64,000 bases of DNA from Scyliorhinus canicula. Its lineage: Eukaryota. The stretch spans positions 14,915,983 to 14,979,982 of the forward strand of contig NC_052167.1 in NCBI RefSeq assembly GCF_902713615.1, read 5' to 3'. Shown piece after piece: positions 62,829 through 64,000 of the stretch (positions are counted from its first letter, which is position 1; each line of letters begins with the position of its first letter). The notes under the pieces are model-generated. The model was not told where the DNA came from and did not search any database. It worked only from the letters and a program-made list of their open reading frames with translations. The position numbers and the translations under genes are program-made.

Positions 62829-64000
62829 ATCGTCTGTGATGTTCTGGACTGAAATTCACCAGTCATTCTTTGGCGGCAGGATTCTCTGGTGCCGCTGGTA
62901 CCAGACCCCCGCCTGCTAGTTTCCCAGTGGCATGGTGTGGCTTCCTGTTGACGGCAGCAGAGAATCCATCACCAGCAAATAGCATGCCGCTGAGAAACAC
63001 GCAGCTGGGAGGCCGGAGATATATTTGTGCAGCCAAACGTAAGGTAGATAATATATTGCCGATTTATATAGTAGCTTCATTGAGTTAAAACAAATAACAA
63101 GATCTACGTTCACTTAGAATTATTAAATAATAATCATAAATCAAAAAAAACAAATTACACTTTAAATGTGCCAATAACAATAGCATTAACTGTTTTAAAG
63201 AAATAACAAAAATAAATGATAAAAGCTTCAACACGCCTTAATAATAGCATGGAATCCTTTGCCTGTCTCAGGCTTCATTTTAAAACTGCTTTCACAACAT
63301 GCCCTCATTGGGTGTCCCCATCATACGATGGTGTGTCTACACTCCTGCACTGCGCTGGAGCCTGTACATTCTGCCCCTGCACAGGTCCAAGGCTCCTGCC
63401 GGAGTTAGAAAATTTGTCTGGATTTTTGAGCACAGGCACTTTTTTCAATTAGTATTGGCAGGCCGTGGCTTTCCACTGATAAACAGAAGTTACAGACCAA
63501 AGTTCTTGCCACAGGGAAGGCGAGATCTCTCAAGTGAGGTTTTCTCCCAGATTAGCAGCAAGCGCCCTTGCTTTGCTGCCAACAGTAAAATTCAGGACAG
63601 TATTCAGAGTGGGGGCAAATGGTTCTTTGTACTTCACTTCCTGGGATATAATCTGTCCCCTAAACTACAAATCCTAATATTCGCCTTTTTCAGCGTGCTT
63701 GGAGATTGTGCTGACAATTTCAGGGTGTTTCCCAGTGGTCTGGGTCAGCAAAAAGGCAGATGCAACCTGTATTTAACATTGACTGCGGTAATCAGTTTAG
63801 GTCTGAAATTTGTTACCACCTCCTTGCTGACCTGTGGGGGTGATGCTGTGGAGTGTACAAGGAGTGACTGTCTTTGCAAACGTGTTATGCAGTCCCATTT
63901 GTTACTTCAACAGGCATCAAAGGGGTTCAGCTGCTGGCTGTTCTGTCACTTGTCTGCAGTGCTTCAGGTTCTCTTTCACATTATTTTGTTTTTAATCTCT

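Overview
Vertebrate genomic DNA, most likely from a shark. This is inferred from the repeat repertoire (HE1-type tRNA SINEs, DeuSINE, CR1, Rex1/Babar, L1/Tx1, Penelope-type fragments), which resembles catshark. The core is the ZNF503-LRMDA locus. A complete two-exon ZNF503 gene lies on + (25585-25824 joined to 26180-27640, 566 aa). Head-to-head on - are the first two coding exons of LRMDA/C10orf11 (19216-19257 and 1611-1711); the ORF track does not resolve them as exons. About 18 kb around ZNF503 has no recognisable transposon, retains CpG, carries Hox/Pbx/Meis/TCF motif clusters and includes two G-rich ~2 kb minisatellites. The flanks are transposon graveyards. They include a ~15 kb nest in which an old Copia-order element hosts an L1, Gypsy copies, solo LTRs and a Rex1. 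The most novel signal is in the Gypsy family. It has no tRNA primer-binding site; the PBS position is instead complementary to the element's own LTR, with covarying changes between copies. One copy also carries a perfect 46-bp fold-back that ends at the predicted transcription start, which suggests self-primed reverse transcription with an unusually long primer. A minimal hammerhead ribozyme motif lies in a Penelope-type insert. Transposon boundaries were read by eye and are approximate.
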